Assembly (NCBI RefSeq): GCF_035594765.1 | Contig: NC_085842.1 | Coordinates: forward strand, 40,834,782 to 40,898,781 | DNA length: 64,000 bases | Direction of reading: 5' to 3' | Origin: Anolis carolinensis | Lineage: Eukaryota | In this document: positions 11,299 through 24,254 of the stretch, in pieces | Layout of the letters: the number at the start of each line of letters is the position of its first letter | Position numbering within the stretch: position 1 is the first letter of the stretch | Notes under the pieces: generated by a model | What the model saw: only the letters and a program-made list of their open reading frames with translations | What the model was told of the DNA's origin: nothing | The model's database searches: none | Translations under genes and position numbers: made by a program

Positions 11299-14074
11299 AC
11301 CACAAGGTACATGGATAACTGAACCAAAGTTTTTTGGCTTGATGTTTTAACTACAGCATTTCAAATTATACATGAGTATATGTACTACACTTCACTGCTT
11401 ACAATAACACTTAAAAGTCATAATGGCCTAGTTATACACAAAAAATCCAATCACAGACATCCTAATTCCAGAAGAAAGAGTACACACAGAAAAATGTTTT
11501 ATACAATCTTTCTCTACCCTGCATAATATTCCATAGGCATAAGCCGGGGGGGGGGGGGAATCAAGCACTTTTAATCCTCTATTAGCTTAGTAAGAAAGTT
11601 AAGTAGATGAATAGAATTTCAATTTGATCAATGAATTATGGGGAAAAAGAGAGAAAAAAAAGAGTTCAATTGCTTCAGTTAATTAAAATTGACCAAAAAG
11701 TTAATAAATAAATGAACAGCATTTATCCAGAAGTTAAATTAAAGGGAGGGGGGTTTAAAGTAATAAAGCATAATGTATAGGAAGGTATGGAGGACTGTGA
11801 ATTCCTGTTCTTTATAAGATAAGACCACTAGTCTCCCAAAGTTCTCAAATGAAAATGATTTTTATTACTGATTAAAATTCAAGTCTTTTGGGATCAAAAA
11901 GCATTTGAGAGACAGTCTTTTACAACTAGAACACAATTCAAAGAAACCAAAAATTAAAAAGAGAAACATTTCTAATGGAGATATTATACTTGACTTTTCG
12001 TCCTATTTTACAATATCATATTGAGCACTACACCGTATGGATAGGAAGATGGAGCTTCCTATTTAAGTGCCTTTTTAAAAGATACAGTGTAGATTTATAT
12101 TCCCGAGAAAGCAGATTTTATTTTTAGACTAGCATAGGGATAGTGATGTTCCAAAGTGACCCAATTTTGTGATGTTTGTAGGTCATTTTAATTATTCATT
12201 AACATAGATACACACATATGCATAATGTTGCGGCAAGGAAATATCCACATTTGGAGGCAGCCTCATCAAAGAGCAATAATTGGGTGCAAGAGATATGAAA
12301 AAGAATGGACAAAAATTAATGTGAGTAAACAGGAAAACACTGAGAACTAGTTTTCCTACAAACTGGTGTCCTCCAGATGTCCTATCTAGAATTCTAGTAT
12401 AGTCTAAACTAGTGTTTCTTAAGACATTTGATGTGGAGATTAGTTTCCCAATACACCAGTGGCCACTATATTTGTGCCTGTTGACTAAAACTGGTTCTTT
12501 CTTTCCTGAAAAATCTTTCTATAGCCTGGACTCAATTCATAACTGCAAAAGAAAATATGATCTCAAGATTTGGCCTACATAACTACAAAATGATATGTAA
12601 GAATTTGGATTCACCTATACTTAAGCCAAATTGACTGTTTGCATGGTAATACTTTATCCTCATTTTGTGCTTTCACCTTGTTTTGCTCCCTATATCTTCA
12701 AAAGCCACCACAGTAATACATATACTCATGTATAAGTCTAAACATACTTTCTCACATTTTAAATGGAACAAAAGACATGCCCTTCAGGTGCTCCAGGTGC
12801 ACTCTAACGGCTCAGAAGACTGAATGACATAATGTCTTTCCTCCTTCCAGGAAGAGATTTCTCTCTTAACCACAGAGAAACCAACTACATACAACCGAGA
12901 AAAACATATTTAAGCACAAGATGATGTAAGCATTAAGCAACTGCACCTTTTCCTATTTATCTTAGAAACTTTAAGGACTTTTCTCAAAACTGATGTAAGG
13001 CTTAAGTTCTGCCTTGCTTTGTATCAGTTTCTTACAGAAATGCGCAACCTGTTTCAGGTTCAGCGTAGATCCCCATTCTCTGAAATTATCTGTCTAGCAG
13101 CATCTATGTGATACAAAAAGTGTACAAGCTGCCCAGATGTTCTTTCTGTTGTCCTATATGAATATACCTTAAGAAAAACTCTATTAATAATCTTAATCTC
13201 TCAATAATGAAGTGGAAGTGCCATAGTTTATTGACAGAGTGTACACTTTGCTTACAGAAGCTGGAATACTGCAAACAGTGTCAGCAGGAGTAAAAATGCT
13301 ACAGTTGCAACAAATTTGAAGGAAGCAAAGTATTACAGCAGGAGTGGTCAACAGGTTGGGGTCATGGAACAATTTATAGTTCCTTTTTTGGCCATGCTAC
13401 TCCCATGGAAGGGGAGTGGTATTTATTCGTATACTGTTTTAATTCTACACTGTAGAATTCTACACTTGAATTTCATATTGGGAGATAACAAATTATAAAA
13501 TTTGGGGTTTTACTGGGGAAGTAGGAAGGTGTTGCCATGCATTTCCACATTGTGGCTTGGCCAGGTATGATTTTAATGTGAAATTTGTCTGAAAGATTGC
13601 ACCTAAAAATAAGGGGCCAGGAGTTGGAGGGAATTCCTGGGAGACTGGCAGTGCATCTCAGGAGCTGCAAAAGTGTGGTCTGGTGTTGCACACAGCATAC
13701 AGGCCACACCTTCTCTACCCTTCTTTTGAGAAACTCAAGATAGTCAAAGGTGGTGGATTTCCTCTATCTTCCTTCACCGTAACTGTAAAATCTTAGAAAA
13801 AGAACAGCGGGCTGCATAGTGTACCAACAAATTGAGGAAATTCTCCGACTGACTCTCTGTCATGTCCAGCTAGGCTACATAAAGTATGTAATACTGAACT
13901 AAATGATGATAATATTCTGTTTTTGTGCCTTAGTTGGTTAAGTTTGTTTGTTTATATCATTTGCACTGCATTTTTATTTTACATTATTTATTTATATTCC
14001 ACATTTCTGTCGGCATGGGACTGAAGGCACTTTCCAATAGCATTGGGATACCTCAACATGAGCAAGGTTTAAGG

Positions 14075-14208
14075 CAGTGGTTCTTGAGCTGTGGGTCTCC
14101 AGGTGTTTGGCCTACAACTCCCAGAAATCCCAGCCAGTTTACCAGCTGTTAGGATTTCTGGGAGCTGAAGGCTAAAACATCTGGGCACTCACAGGTTGAG
14201 AATCATTG
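14075..14208. mobile_element. hAT MITE, same family
   Basis: TSD GTTTAAGG on both sides. Confidence 0.88.
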
Positions 14209-14856
14209 GTTTAAGGCATTTCCTGTTGTCTTCACTTATTTAATAGAAGTTGGATTACTACTATACAACTGTAAAGCACTGACTTAACTTTCAAAGCTTT
14301 CTGAATAAAATATACTGAATTTTAAATGTTTCTACAAACATTGTGAGAAAACTGCTTAATTATAATATTAATAACTTGATCTCCTTAGAAGTGTTGTTTA
14401 CATATGCTTTTTGTATCCTGGAATTCTAGCTGAACACTCCAACCACTATACCACGCTGGCTCTCTTGGTGGGGTTGAACCCTACTTTTCCTTCTTCAACC
14501 AGATGCAACAGGAAGGCTGGCACCGGCGTTATAGATGTTCTTGTTCTCTGCCAGCAGCAATATTGCCATGTAGACTGCTGGCTCAGTTCGACACTTGCAC
14601 CTGCCAAATGGTTACTGGAAGTTTGACAAAAACAGATGCCTGTCATGTACTTTCGAAACAAAACCGTTTCAATTCCTAGCCTGGAGGTGCGCTTCACTTT
14701 AAACAATAATGCAACGGTGTATTGACATGCCACGTTGTGGGTTCTGTTTTAAAAATATAAACCACATCCATAAAATCCACATCAAGGGTTATTGCAGACT
14801 TTCCCACTCCTGTTCCCCATTCCCTTGGCAGCAAAAGGTAGATTTTTATCTCTTAC

Positions 14857-15043
14857 CAATGTGCTGAGCACAGGTATCACAATACTCCGCATATAAGGAT
14901 TCAAAACAGTTGCAGCAATATGGCCGCCCTTCCTTCATGATGTATCGCTGGCCTCCCAGCACCGTTTCACATTCAAAACAGCAAAAGTGCTTCATGTGCC
15001 AGTGCCGTCCCTCAGCCTCTGTGCATTCGTCTGCAAAGATAAT
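14857..15043 (-). CDS. PRICKLE2: PRICKLE2 coding exon (LIM2, start of LIM3); the next exon lies beyond position 1
   Basis: 187 nt, AG..GTAAG boundaries, ends in phase 1; translates [62 protein letters not shown](G). Confidence 0.97.
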
Positions 15044-16801
15044 CTGTTGAAAGAAGAGAGAGGGGGGAAATGTAGGGCTTTGTTCGTTTTTGTTATGACC
15101 TACTGTACAGTCTATTTTCCTATCATGTATTTTTAGCTCATTTTTGACAGCTTGCCTGCCTCATGATCCTTGTGCCTAGGCCTCTTGATACTGGAGACCT
15201 AATTTTCTGTCATACTATAAATAAACTAAAATACTTATTACAGAGATGGGTTGAATCTACTACAAGGATAAAATTTAGTGGGAAATGACACATATTCCCT
15301 TTCCAAGAATTAGCAGTCAGAAAGTAGATTCCTATGCAAAGAGCAAAGACAAGCAAAGAATAGTTGACATCACAAGCAGTGTACAGAAGAAAAAAATATT
15401 GATTGAAACAAACCGCAGTAAAAAGAGCAATATTCACATAGATAATAAAAAAACAGAGGTGACAGATTCAAAGAGAAGAAAGGAGGATAGTCATGTAACA
15501 TTTTTGTTCAGTCTCTCCAAGCTTAATTTATAACCACAAAGACACATTTAGAGCTGAAACTCTTTAGTGGGTGCTAATACAAAGTGAACTGGTCCCCATA
15601 TATTAACATATGATAGTAGCAGCAACAGAAGTAAAAAAAAGAAAAGAAAAAAGGATCAAGTCCCTATTACACTCACTATTACAATACTATTACTCCATTC
15701 TAACTGCCATGGCAACATTTTGTGGCATTCTGCAATTTGCAGTTTTGTGAGGCCCAAGCGATGGATGAGAACTCTAAATATCCCTCCATAGGATTCTATA
15801 TGGCAGTTAAAGTGGAATAATAGCATTATAATAGTGTTGTGTGATAGGGCCCCTAAATGCATCCATCGTTACACCTAGAAATGCCTTGGTGCAAATGTCG
15901 AGCACTAAGTGGAATTCAGCTGTTATCGGATACTTTAGGAAGCAACTATAGGCTCAGGGAGGCATGGGGTAAACACCCAAGCTCTCTAGCCATGACCATT
16001 GGCCAGACATCCACTTCTGTAAATGCATTCATGTATCTAGATCCTACTGAGCCATTTTGTGCTAGGAACCATTTTGTTCTTTCTGTCTCTCTGAGTGGCA
16101 GAAGCTGTGCATTCTCAGGTTATGGTGCTATAGCAACAGTGCATAATGTTTTAATGTTATCAGTGGAGGCAGACACAGATTACTTTGATGATTTCCACTC
16201 ATTCCACTCATGTGTTTGATGGTATGGAAACCTAGAAAAAAATTGCATTTTTTGCACATAAGTGTCTTGAACTTTGTATTATGTTACTTGGGGTCAACTG
16301 ATATGAAACGGTTATTTTCATAAACTAGAAAATAAAAGTCATTTCTATGCTTAAGGAGAATTCTCCACATGCTGCATTTTTTCTCCCTTCACATCCATCT
16401 TCCACCTGTAGACTGGCTACCAGAAAGAAAAGTGGAGATTGAAAATATTCTGTTCAATTACTGTGTTATTCCTTCTGAAAAAAGTTGGGGGGGGGGGGAA
16501 GCTTTATTGATGCGAGGTCAGCAATTGATAGCTCTTCATTTGCCAGTATCATAAGGGCATGCACAGTTAAAAACTAGTAGGGAACTGCCACAGTCATAAG
16601 GATTTGTACCGACTGTTGGAACCACACATGTCACTACAGGGGCTAACATATTGTAGACCAATCTTGAGAAATTTTACATCTTTCCTCACTTGCAAGTCAC
16701 AAGCTGTGGATGCAAAGACAGATGACAAGCTGAATTTGAAATCTGCAATAATTCATCATGCAACACAGGAAAAATAACACATTATAAGAAAGTGAAGAAC
16801 T

Positions 16802-17002
16802 GTGAGAGCTGTTCGACAGTGGAACTCTCTCCCCGGGGCCGTGGTGGAGGCTCCTTCTTTGGAGGCTTTTAAGCAGAGGCTGGATGGCCATCTGTCGGGG
16901 GTGCTTTGAATGCGATTTCCTGCTTCTTAGCAGGGGGTTGGATTGGATGGCCCATGTGGTCTCTTCCAACTCTACTATTCTATGATTCTATGATTCTATG
17001 AT
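16802..17002 (+). mobile_element. CR1 LINE 3' end
   Basis: Typical CR1 3' UTR (GGTCTCTTCCAACTCT) and (ATTCTATG)n tail. Confidence 0.9.
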
Positions 17003-17030
17003 TGAAGGACTCCAGTTCCATCAAAGCTCA

Positions 17031-17258
<228 letters not shown>

Positions 17259-17533
17259 TCAAGAGATGTTAAAGAGGAATATCCTCAGACCACATTTTGA
17301 GAGGAGAAGAATTGAACAGTGGCTCTCCTCATAAGAGCATTTGAAAGAAACTGAGAATTTACTAAATAATAAAGCAGGATTTTTCACTCCTGGTTCTCTG
17401 GAATGATAGTAGTCCATGAAAGAACTAGGGGTTTCACAAAAGATTATAATTGCAACCCCCCCCCCATGTTTAAATCCGTAGATATAATATTTGTTATGTA
17501 GCGGTTCTTTGAGACATAACAGTTCTTCTAAGA

Positions 17534-17666
17534 CAGTGGTTCTCAACCTGTGGGTCCCCAGATGTGGTGGCCTTCAACTCCCAGAAATCCTAACAGCTGT
17601 TAAACTGGCTGGGATTTCTGGGAGTTGTAGGCCAAAAATCTGGGGACCCACAGGTTGAAACCACTG
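17534..17666. mobile_element. hAT MITE, same family
   Basis: TSD TTCTAAGA on both sides. Confidence 0.9.
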
Positions 17667-17699
17667 TTCTAAGATAAAAAGGTTGAGAAAGTCAGAATG

Positions 17700-18155
17700 T
17701 AGATCGGGGAATAGGGATTCGCCCTGTGTTAGATGGGGTTATACTTCTCTCGCAGACATGGGTTCATAGTTTAAGTTTACTCCTGGACCCAGATTTGAAC
17801 CTGGAGGCCCAGGTTTTTGTGTACCTCCCAGGAAAATCTCCTATACGTACTGGGCCCTAGGGAGATACACCTGGAAGCTACAAGGCGTAGAGCCTTTTCG
17901 ACCTATGCTCCAATTCTGTCGAATTCATTGCCTCCATATGTTAGAGGAATGTCGGAGTTGCGACCTTTTGGAAAAGCGCTCAAGACTTGGCTGTTTGGTT
18001 GTGCATTTAAGTAATTCAGATCTAATTTGCCAAATAGTCACTGTTGAATGTTTTTATGTTGAATGTTTTTATATTGTGGAATGATATTTTAAAATGTAAG
18101 TCACTCGGAGCACTCTGGTGGAGAGCGACTAATTAAGAAATAAAGTGAAATGAAG
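17700..18155 (+). mobile_element. L2 LINE 3' fragment
   Basis: Peptide RRAFSTYAPILSNSLP...FGKALKTWLF typical of the L2 ORF2 end, followed by an L2-type 3' UTR. Confidence 0.75.
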
Positions 18156-20219
18156 TGGTGACCAGAAGTATCTTTGCACATTTAAAGCTTGTGCACCAAC
18201 TGCACCTGTTCCTTGAAATACTGGATCTGGTGGTACATGTCTAAATTACACCCTGGCTCTGGTTGAGGCTGCCTTTGAAAAGTGTTTGGAAACTTCAACT
18301 GGTCCAAAGATTGTTAACTGTGGGGCGGGCTTTAAGGGGCGCACAACCTCGTTGCTGCAACAGCTCCACTGGTGGCCAGTTTTGGTGGGCTAAAATTAAA
18401 AGTGCTGTTTATACAACTCAGGTCCAAGCTATTTGGCAAATTGTATCTTCCTGTATGTGCTAGCCCAAGCACTGTCTTTCTCCTTATGGTTATTAATAAA
18501 CATTCTTCCCATAGAAACACAGTTAGAAAGGACTGAAAGGATAATCTGGCCCAGACCCCTTCCACTCAAGAATGCAGTACTAATATATTCTTGAAACATG
18601 GCAATCAGTCCTCTGTTTGAAGATCTCCAAAAAAGAAACAGCACCTTCAAGGCAATCATGTTCAACAAGTTTTACAGTAAAGAATTTATTCTTAATGTTT
18701 TAGATGGAATGTTCTTTTTTGTAATTTGAATCTGCAACAGCAAATTCTCTGCAGCAGCAGAGAACAAGCTCATTTCACCTTCTATATGACATCCCTTCAG
18801 ATATGTAAATATGTCTATTATATCAACTCTCCATTGTCTCTTATCCCAGCTAAACATAGCACCCCAGTTCCATCTCTGATTGTAGCTTATTTTGGAACAC
18901 TAATATCATACTAGAGATTGGTATGTTAACTGCATCATGGGGTAATAGGAGCTGTACGTAAGTGGTACATGATTCATTCTGTGTTATTTGTAAGAATTAC
19001 CTATAGATAAAACTGCAAAACTGTTATCACGTCCACCAGCACTGATGATAGCTTGAACTATTCAGTGATTTAGATAGTCACAGGCACATTGTGGCAGTTG
19101 CTCAGTTCTACTTATTTTTTCAGACTGAGAAACTGGAAACCTTGTTGAAAGCAAGAATTGGTGTGATTCAGTAATAAACATATTGGTAGCTTTTCCAGCA
19201 AAATAAAAAAGGGCAAATCAGATTTGATAGTCAAACCATATGTACCTTTTATAGAAATATGTGTGTTTGTGGTATTTTTATAATGTTTATGTGTTTCAAT
19301 TATTCTGTAACCCACCTTAAGCTATGAGGAGAGGCAGGTAAGAAATAAAATAATAATACTTATTATAATAAATATTATTCTTACCATTACTAAGTGCTGA
19401 AATGTATTATTCAAAAACTTTAGAGAAGCAAAATGTTTAACCCAGATATGTTTCAAGGGTTGTTTTCTAATCACTTTCCATTAACATGCACTAAATGTAT
19501 TTCAGCATATATTATTAAACCCTCTACATGTATTTGATTTTTAGGTTACTTATTTTGGCTTCAGAATTTGGATGAATTCCTGTTGAGATTGGTGCAAGCA
19601 AACAGATGCATCACTTGTTTCTAGCTGTCAGCCAGTTTGATTTATTCATGGCTTGTGGTCTAGACATCTCCCTGAAGATAATGAGATAGAAATTGTTTCC
19701 TGGTTTCTTATCAGCAGCCCCAGATTAACATGCAAATACACACCCTGGCTATCCATGCCCTAAACTCCATAACTCTGCTGGAAATTACATTGATAAAAAT
19801 CATATTCAAGATTCTTCAAAGCATCAAGAGAAAGAACAAATTTTTCTGCTGACATCACAAGATTGAAAATGCCTCTGACTAAAAAAACAAACAAAAAAAC
19901 TCAACAGGCTGGTAAAAAATAAAAAACTTGTCCTACCTTTGGGATGGAAAGAATATTCAAACATATTTGAGAAAACCTATGAGGAGAATCCTCCATGTAC
20001 ACAGATCTCCACAATTTATTATCTGTTCTGCACAAATAGGTTTCTTGCACAGAAAATAGTATTTTCTGTACAGAAAAACAGTCTTGTTAAAAATCTGCAC
20101 AGAAATTAAGTTCCCTGGGCAAAAACAGTTTTTGTCAACTTTTTCATGGCAAGGAAAAAAACTGTAAAACTATCAAATCCTGATTGCCAGAAATACACTT
20201 ATGAAGGTTTATATCCTCA

Positions 20220-20363
<144 letters not shown>

Positions 20364-20485
20364 CTAGACAAAAACATGGCAATTTCTTGGGTTATTACAG
20401 TAATCACCAAAACTTCAATGTGTCAAATATGGATCAACAACTTTTCTCCCAATTAACCTTCTAATTTCAACATTTTCATGATTGT

Positions 20486-20558
20486 GTTGTCGAAGGCTTT
20501 CATGGCCGGATCACAGGGTTGTTGTATGTCTTTCGGGCCACACAGCCCGAAAGACATA
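20486..20558. mobile_element. Tiny inverted Penelope terminal fragment
   Basis: Penelope end sequence in both orientations; 18-bp direct repeat CAACATTTTCATGATTGT at 20468-20485 and 20559-20576. Confidence 0.8.
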
Positions 20559-22556
20559 CAACATTTTCATGATTGTTTTCTGGACTTTGTAGTGTTCATT
20601 ATTTTACTCTGTCTCATGATATTTCACACATAGAAAAAGGAAATTCATTTAAGTGAATGGAGACCATTTTCTCAATAGGTAAGATTTTGACCAGGATCAA
20701 ATATTGCACTTGCAAAAATCTTTTCTCTTTCCTTCTCCTCTTACTGCTTTTGCCTCTCCTGGCCTCTAAATTCTCCCTCTGACTGGCAGCACATGATGAA
20801 TTCCATGCCAGTGAGACAATGAATCAGTGCTGGGTTTTAGTCTAAATGTTACAAGAGCAGTAAAAGTGCTTAATAAATTTCAGCACCTTTGATAGCTCCA
20901 CAGAGGTTCAAACTAAGGGTGCATCTACACTATCTACACCATTTTAACTGCCATTAATGAAAGCTATTGAATTCTTGAGAGTTGTAGTTTGGTGAAGCAC
21001 CAACAAAGAAGGTTAAAGATCTTACAGAACTACAACTCCTGTGATCTAACAGCATGGAGTCATTGCAGTTAAAGTGATGTCAAACTGCATTCATTCTGCA
21101 GTGGAGATGCACTCTCGAACCCACCTAGATTTGACCCTCACCATGGAAACCACCAGCTTTCACTATCTGTGTCTACTGCAATCATGCTTCTTGTTGAAGC
21201 TCCCCACATACTAACACCCACACTGTCCAACTTGGTGGTCCACATATAAATGTGACAGATATTCATGTACCATAGAAACACAATGGCTGTGACTGGGAAG
21301 CTGGGTGAATCTAGCATCAGGGTAAAATGGGGATAGGGCTAGGGATTTTAAAAATTAAAAGAACTCCTTTGACGCATTGCTTTCCAGTCCCCTCCTTCTG
21401 CTCTTGGCACAGATGTTTCCTACTAGAATCCAAAATGGGCTGCATGCTTATAGTTTTTCCTGAGCTTCCTTGGAGGCAACCAAAGTAACACTAATTTATT
21501 TACTGCTTAATTTCAAACTGAGAGGGGATAAATTAGTTTCTGATTCAGTAGACAAGGCTCTTTCAAAGGTACTTCAGTGGCACCCAAAAGAGCTTAATAA
21601 GCTTTTGACTGTAAAACTTATGGCTGGTCTAAAAGTATTTGCCTGTGCACTGCAACAGAGCTCATATGTAAGCCAAGGCCAACAAAGTGTTGTCAAGATG
21701 ATTAAAAGGGCTTGCCTTTACATGATTAAAATATACACTGTAATTTCTCTGCACAAACCCCAAACTATTAAAGGGAGACATATAGACAAATCATTTATTT
21801 CTTGGAACATAACTCAGCTGACTCTAGCTTTTGACACACCAAAGAGGCCATGCATAAAAGATAGTCTGTACACAACCTTGGACTGCTCCCCTTAATTTGG
21901 GTTTTGTATTGAAATTTTAACTAAAGTAGCCCCCCCCCCGTCTCAAACCACATGATGCTTTTGAAAACACCTTCTCCAGTAATTCATTCAAGAGTAAATA
22001 CAGGTGCATGATTCAAGTAAAGACTTCTGGCATGGATAATGTTGGAGCCTGAATAGAAAGTTGAGTGTGATTTATTGCCACATATTCCAACAGCAAACAC
22101 ATTCTCCACATGCAAGTCTCCATATAGGCAAAACAGCACTGTCCAAACACAAGTGGCAAGAATTAACCACCTTGGGAAAACCCCAACATCTCTGAAAGTA
22201 TCAAAATATTTTTTTAAGAAAACAGCCAGCAACATGTACCTCTCCAAAATATGCCCAAAGAAAAAATGAACCCAAATATGGCCAACAGAGTCTTCAAGGA
22301 CCTAGAAAGTTTGTGCTATGTTATTCCATCGTATTTTCAGGCCCTCCTCCTTCTGTTTTAGGTTTGTTATGCCTGGCTTGAAAAAAAAAAGCTGCCTTCC
22401 ATGTGGCAAAAGGGCCAGTTATATCTTAAAGAGTTGTCAAGGGTAAATCTTATCTTTAGTGAAACATTTTTGGTGGAAATTGGGGGTCCGTAGGAAGCTG
22501 TAAACTATACAATACATTATTCAAGTTCATCATCAATGTTCAGCATATATCTAGAT

Positions 22557-22688
22557 CAGTGGTTCTCAACCTGGGGTGCCCAGATGTTTTTGGCTTACAA
22601 CTACCAGAAATTCCAGCCAGTTTATCAGCTGTTAGGATTTCTGGGAGTTGGCCAAAAACATCTGGGAATCCCAGGTTGAGAACCACTG
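22557..22688. mobile_element. hAT MITE, same family
   Basis: TIRs intact; degenerate TSD ATCTAGAT/ACCTAGGT. Confidence 0.85.
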
Positions 22689-23158
22689 ACCTAGGTTATG
22701 CAGAGATCACACCTGATCATACTTTTGTCTAAGGTAACAGCCAATTTCAGTGATAGGTAGACAATGTTGTAGACAATGTTGTAGAGTTTCTTGTAAATAT
22801 GTCCAAGAGCACCTAACAACTGGATGTATTCATGAATTGACCACAATTTGTGCTGAGAGCTTTTAATATGTTTTAGATTTCTGCAGAAAGTATGGATATT
22901 CTCCTAATGTTAACATGAACAGTGATTCTCTTTTTACAGCATATTGGTACTAATGCATCAGAAGTAATTCAAGAACACCAGAAATGTTTGAGGTTTGATT
23001 TAGATTTAACAACTGCTACACATCCATCCAGATCACCACTAAGAAGCCAAAGGGTTGTTGTATGTTTTCTGGGCTGTATGGCCATGTTCCAGAAGTATTC
23101 TCTTATGACGTTTCACCCACATCTATGGCAGGCATCCTCAGAGGTTGTGACCTCACAA

Positions 23159-23199
23159 CCTCTGAGGATGCCTGCCATAGATGTGGGCGAAACGTCAGG
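23159..23199 (+). ncRNA. Minimal type I hammerhead ribozyme motif (Penelope-associated)
   Basis: CCT-CTGAGGA-helix II (GCCTGC..GTGGGC)-GAAA-CG-TC-AGG; predicted cleavage after C23196. Confidence 0.75.
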
Positions 23200-23237
23200 A
23201 GAGAATACTTCTGAAACATGGCCATACAGCCTGGAAA

Positions 23238-24212
23238 TGTGATGACCCATGGGCCTTGTAGTCCTGCTCATGACATTGTGATGCCTGATGAAGAAGAAAA
23301 CTTGGGTTTTTTACCTTCCCAGTCAGAACTGGATTCTTCCCAGACAGATTCTTCCCAGCCAGATCTGGGAACCTTGCACCTGCAAGAGGATTATGTTCCA
23401 GAAGTATGTCAAACAAATACTGAGGCTACATCTCCAGTGTTTTCTCGCCATGAGTTTTGTAAACAACAGAGAGGTTTGGAAGCAGCCTCGCGCAGGAGTG
23501 CGAGAATAATTGCTAAGAATTTGCCAATTAAGCCTGTTTTCCATGAGAATCTTTAAGGAGTCAAACATCTGGTCTCAGAGATTAGCTTTCGTTTCTGGTT
23601 CCCAGAGAACTGCTCTCGGCGGGAAAGTTAGACTCTATATAGGTGTTTTACCCGCGGAGTAACTTTGCGGAGTCAATTCGTCAGCCTCCGGAGCGAGTTG
23701 TGTTTGGACAGCGCGCTCCGTTTCAAGCCTCGTTCCTGCTCAAGCCTTGTCCTTGTTTCCTGCCTTCGCTCCTGCTTCCCAGCCTTTGTTTACCTACGAA
23801 CCTTGCCTTGTTTCCCAGGACTAAACCTTGCCTTGTTCCACGGATTTTACCAAGTTATTCCACGGACCTTGTTCTTGTTCCTCGTTACCTTGTTCCACGA
23901 TTCAAGCCTTGTTTTCAAGTATCAAGTTATCTCCTAGCCTTGCTCAAGTTCATGGACTAAAGGACCTTGTCATCTCCCCTCACTTTGCCTGGCAAAGTGA
24001 GTGTTTCGGTTATTGGATTACAACTTTGGACCTTAATATTTCATATTGGACATTGTTTCTTTGGACTAATTTTGACCTTTCTTGAAAGGTCTGCTTCTGG
24101 ACTAACTTTTACATTTGCTTTTACTAACTTTATATATTTCCTTAATAAAGATATTAGATAGATTCTGGCCTCTGCGTATGGTTATTGGTGCTCTGTAGCC
24201 TGGGTCGTGACA
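23238..24212 (+). repeat. 5' LTR
   Basis: Starts TGTGATGACCC, ends GTCGTGACA; direct repeat of 28693-29667. Confidence 0.98.
23636..23641 (+). promoter_or_regulatory. LTR TATA box (copy at 29091-29096); predicted TSS near 23667
   Basis: TATATA 31 nt upstream of GCGGAGTCAA, the sequence complementary to the PBS. Confidence 0.7.
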
Positions 24213-24214
24213 GT

Positions 24215-24224
24215 TTGACTCCGC
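24215..24224 (+). promoter_or_regulatory. Primer-binding site, self-priming type (not tRNA)
   Basis: TTGACTCCGC, 2 nt after the LTR end, is the exact reverse complement of LTR 23667-23676; no TGG tRNA-CCA complement. Confidence 0.8.
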
Positions 24225-24254
24225 CACCCTAAGCACCAATTAACCTCGGCCAGA

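Noticed and set aside
1-14856. Next PRICKLE2 exon (rest of LIM3, GIDQGQM...)
   Set aside because: No matching minus-strand ORF seen; it must lie beyond the window start.
23720-23960. CRISPR-like or satellite array in the LTR (CCTTGTT repeats)
   Set aside because: Irregular, degenerate pyrimidine-rich repeats within the LTR, with no repeat-spacer periodicity, in eukaryotic DNA.
24213-24232. Conventional tRNA primer-binding site
   Set aside because: No TGG start complementary to tRNA CCA; the self-complementary match to 23667-23676 explains the site.
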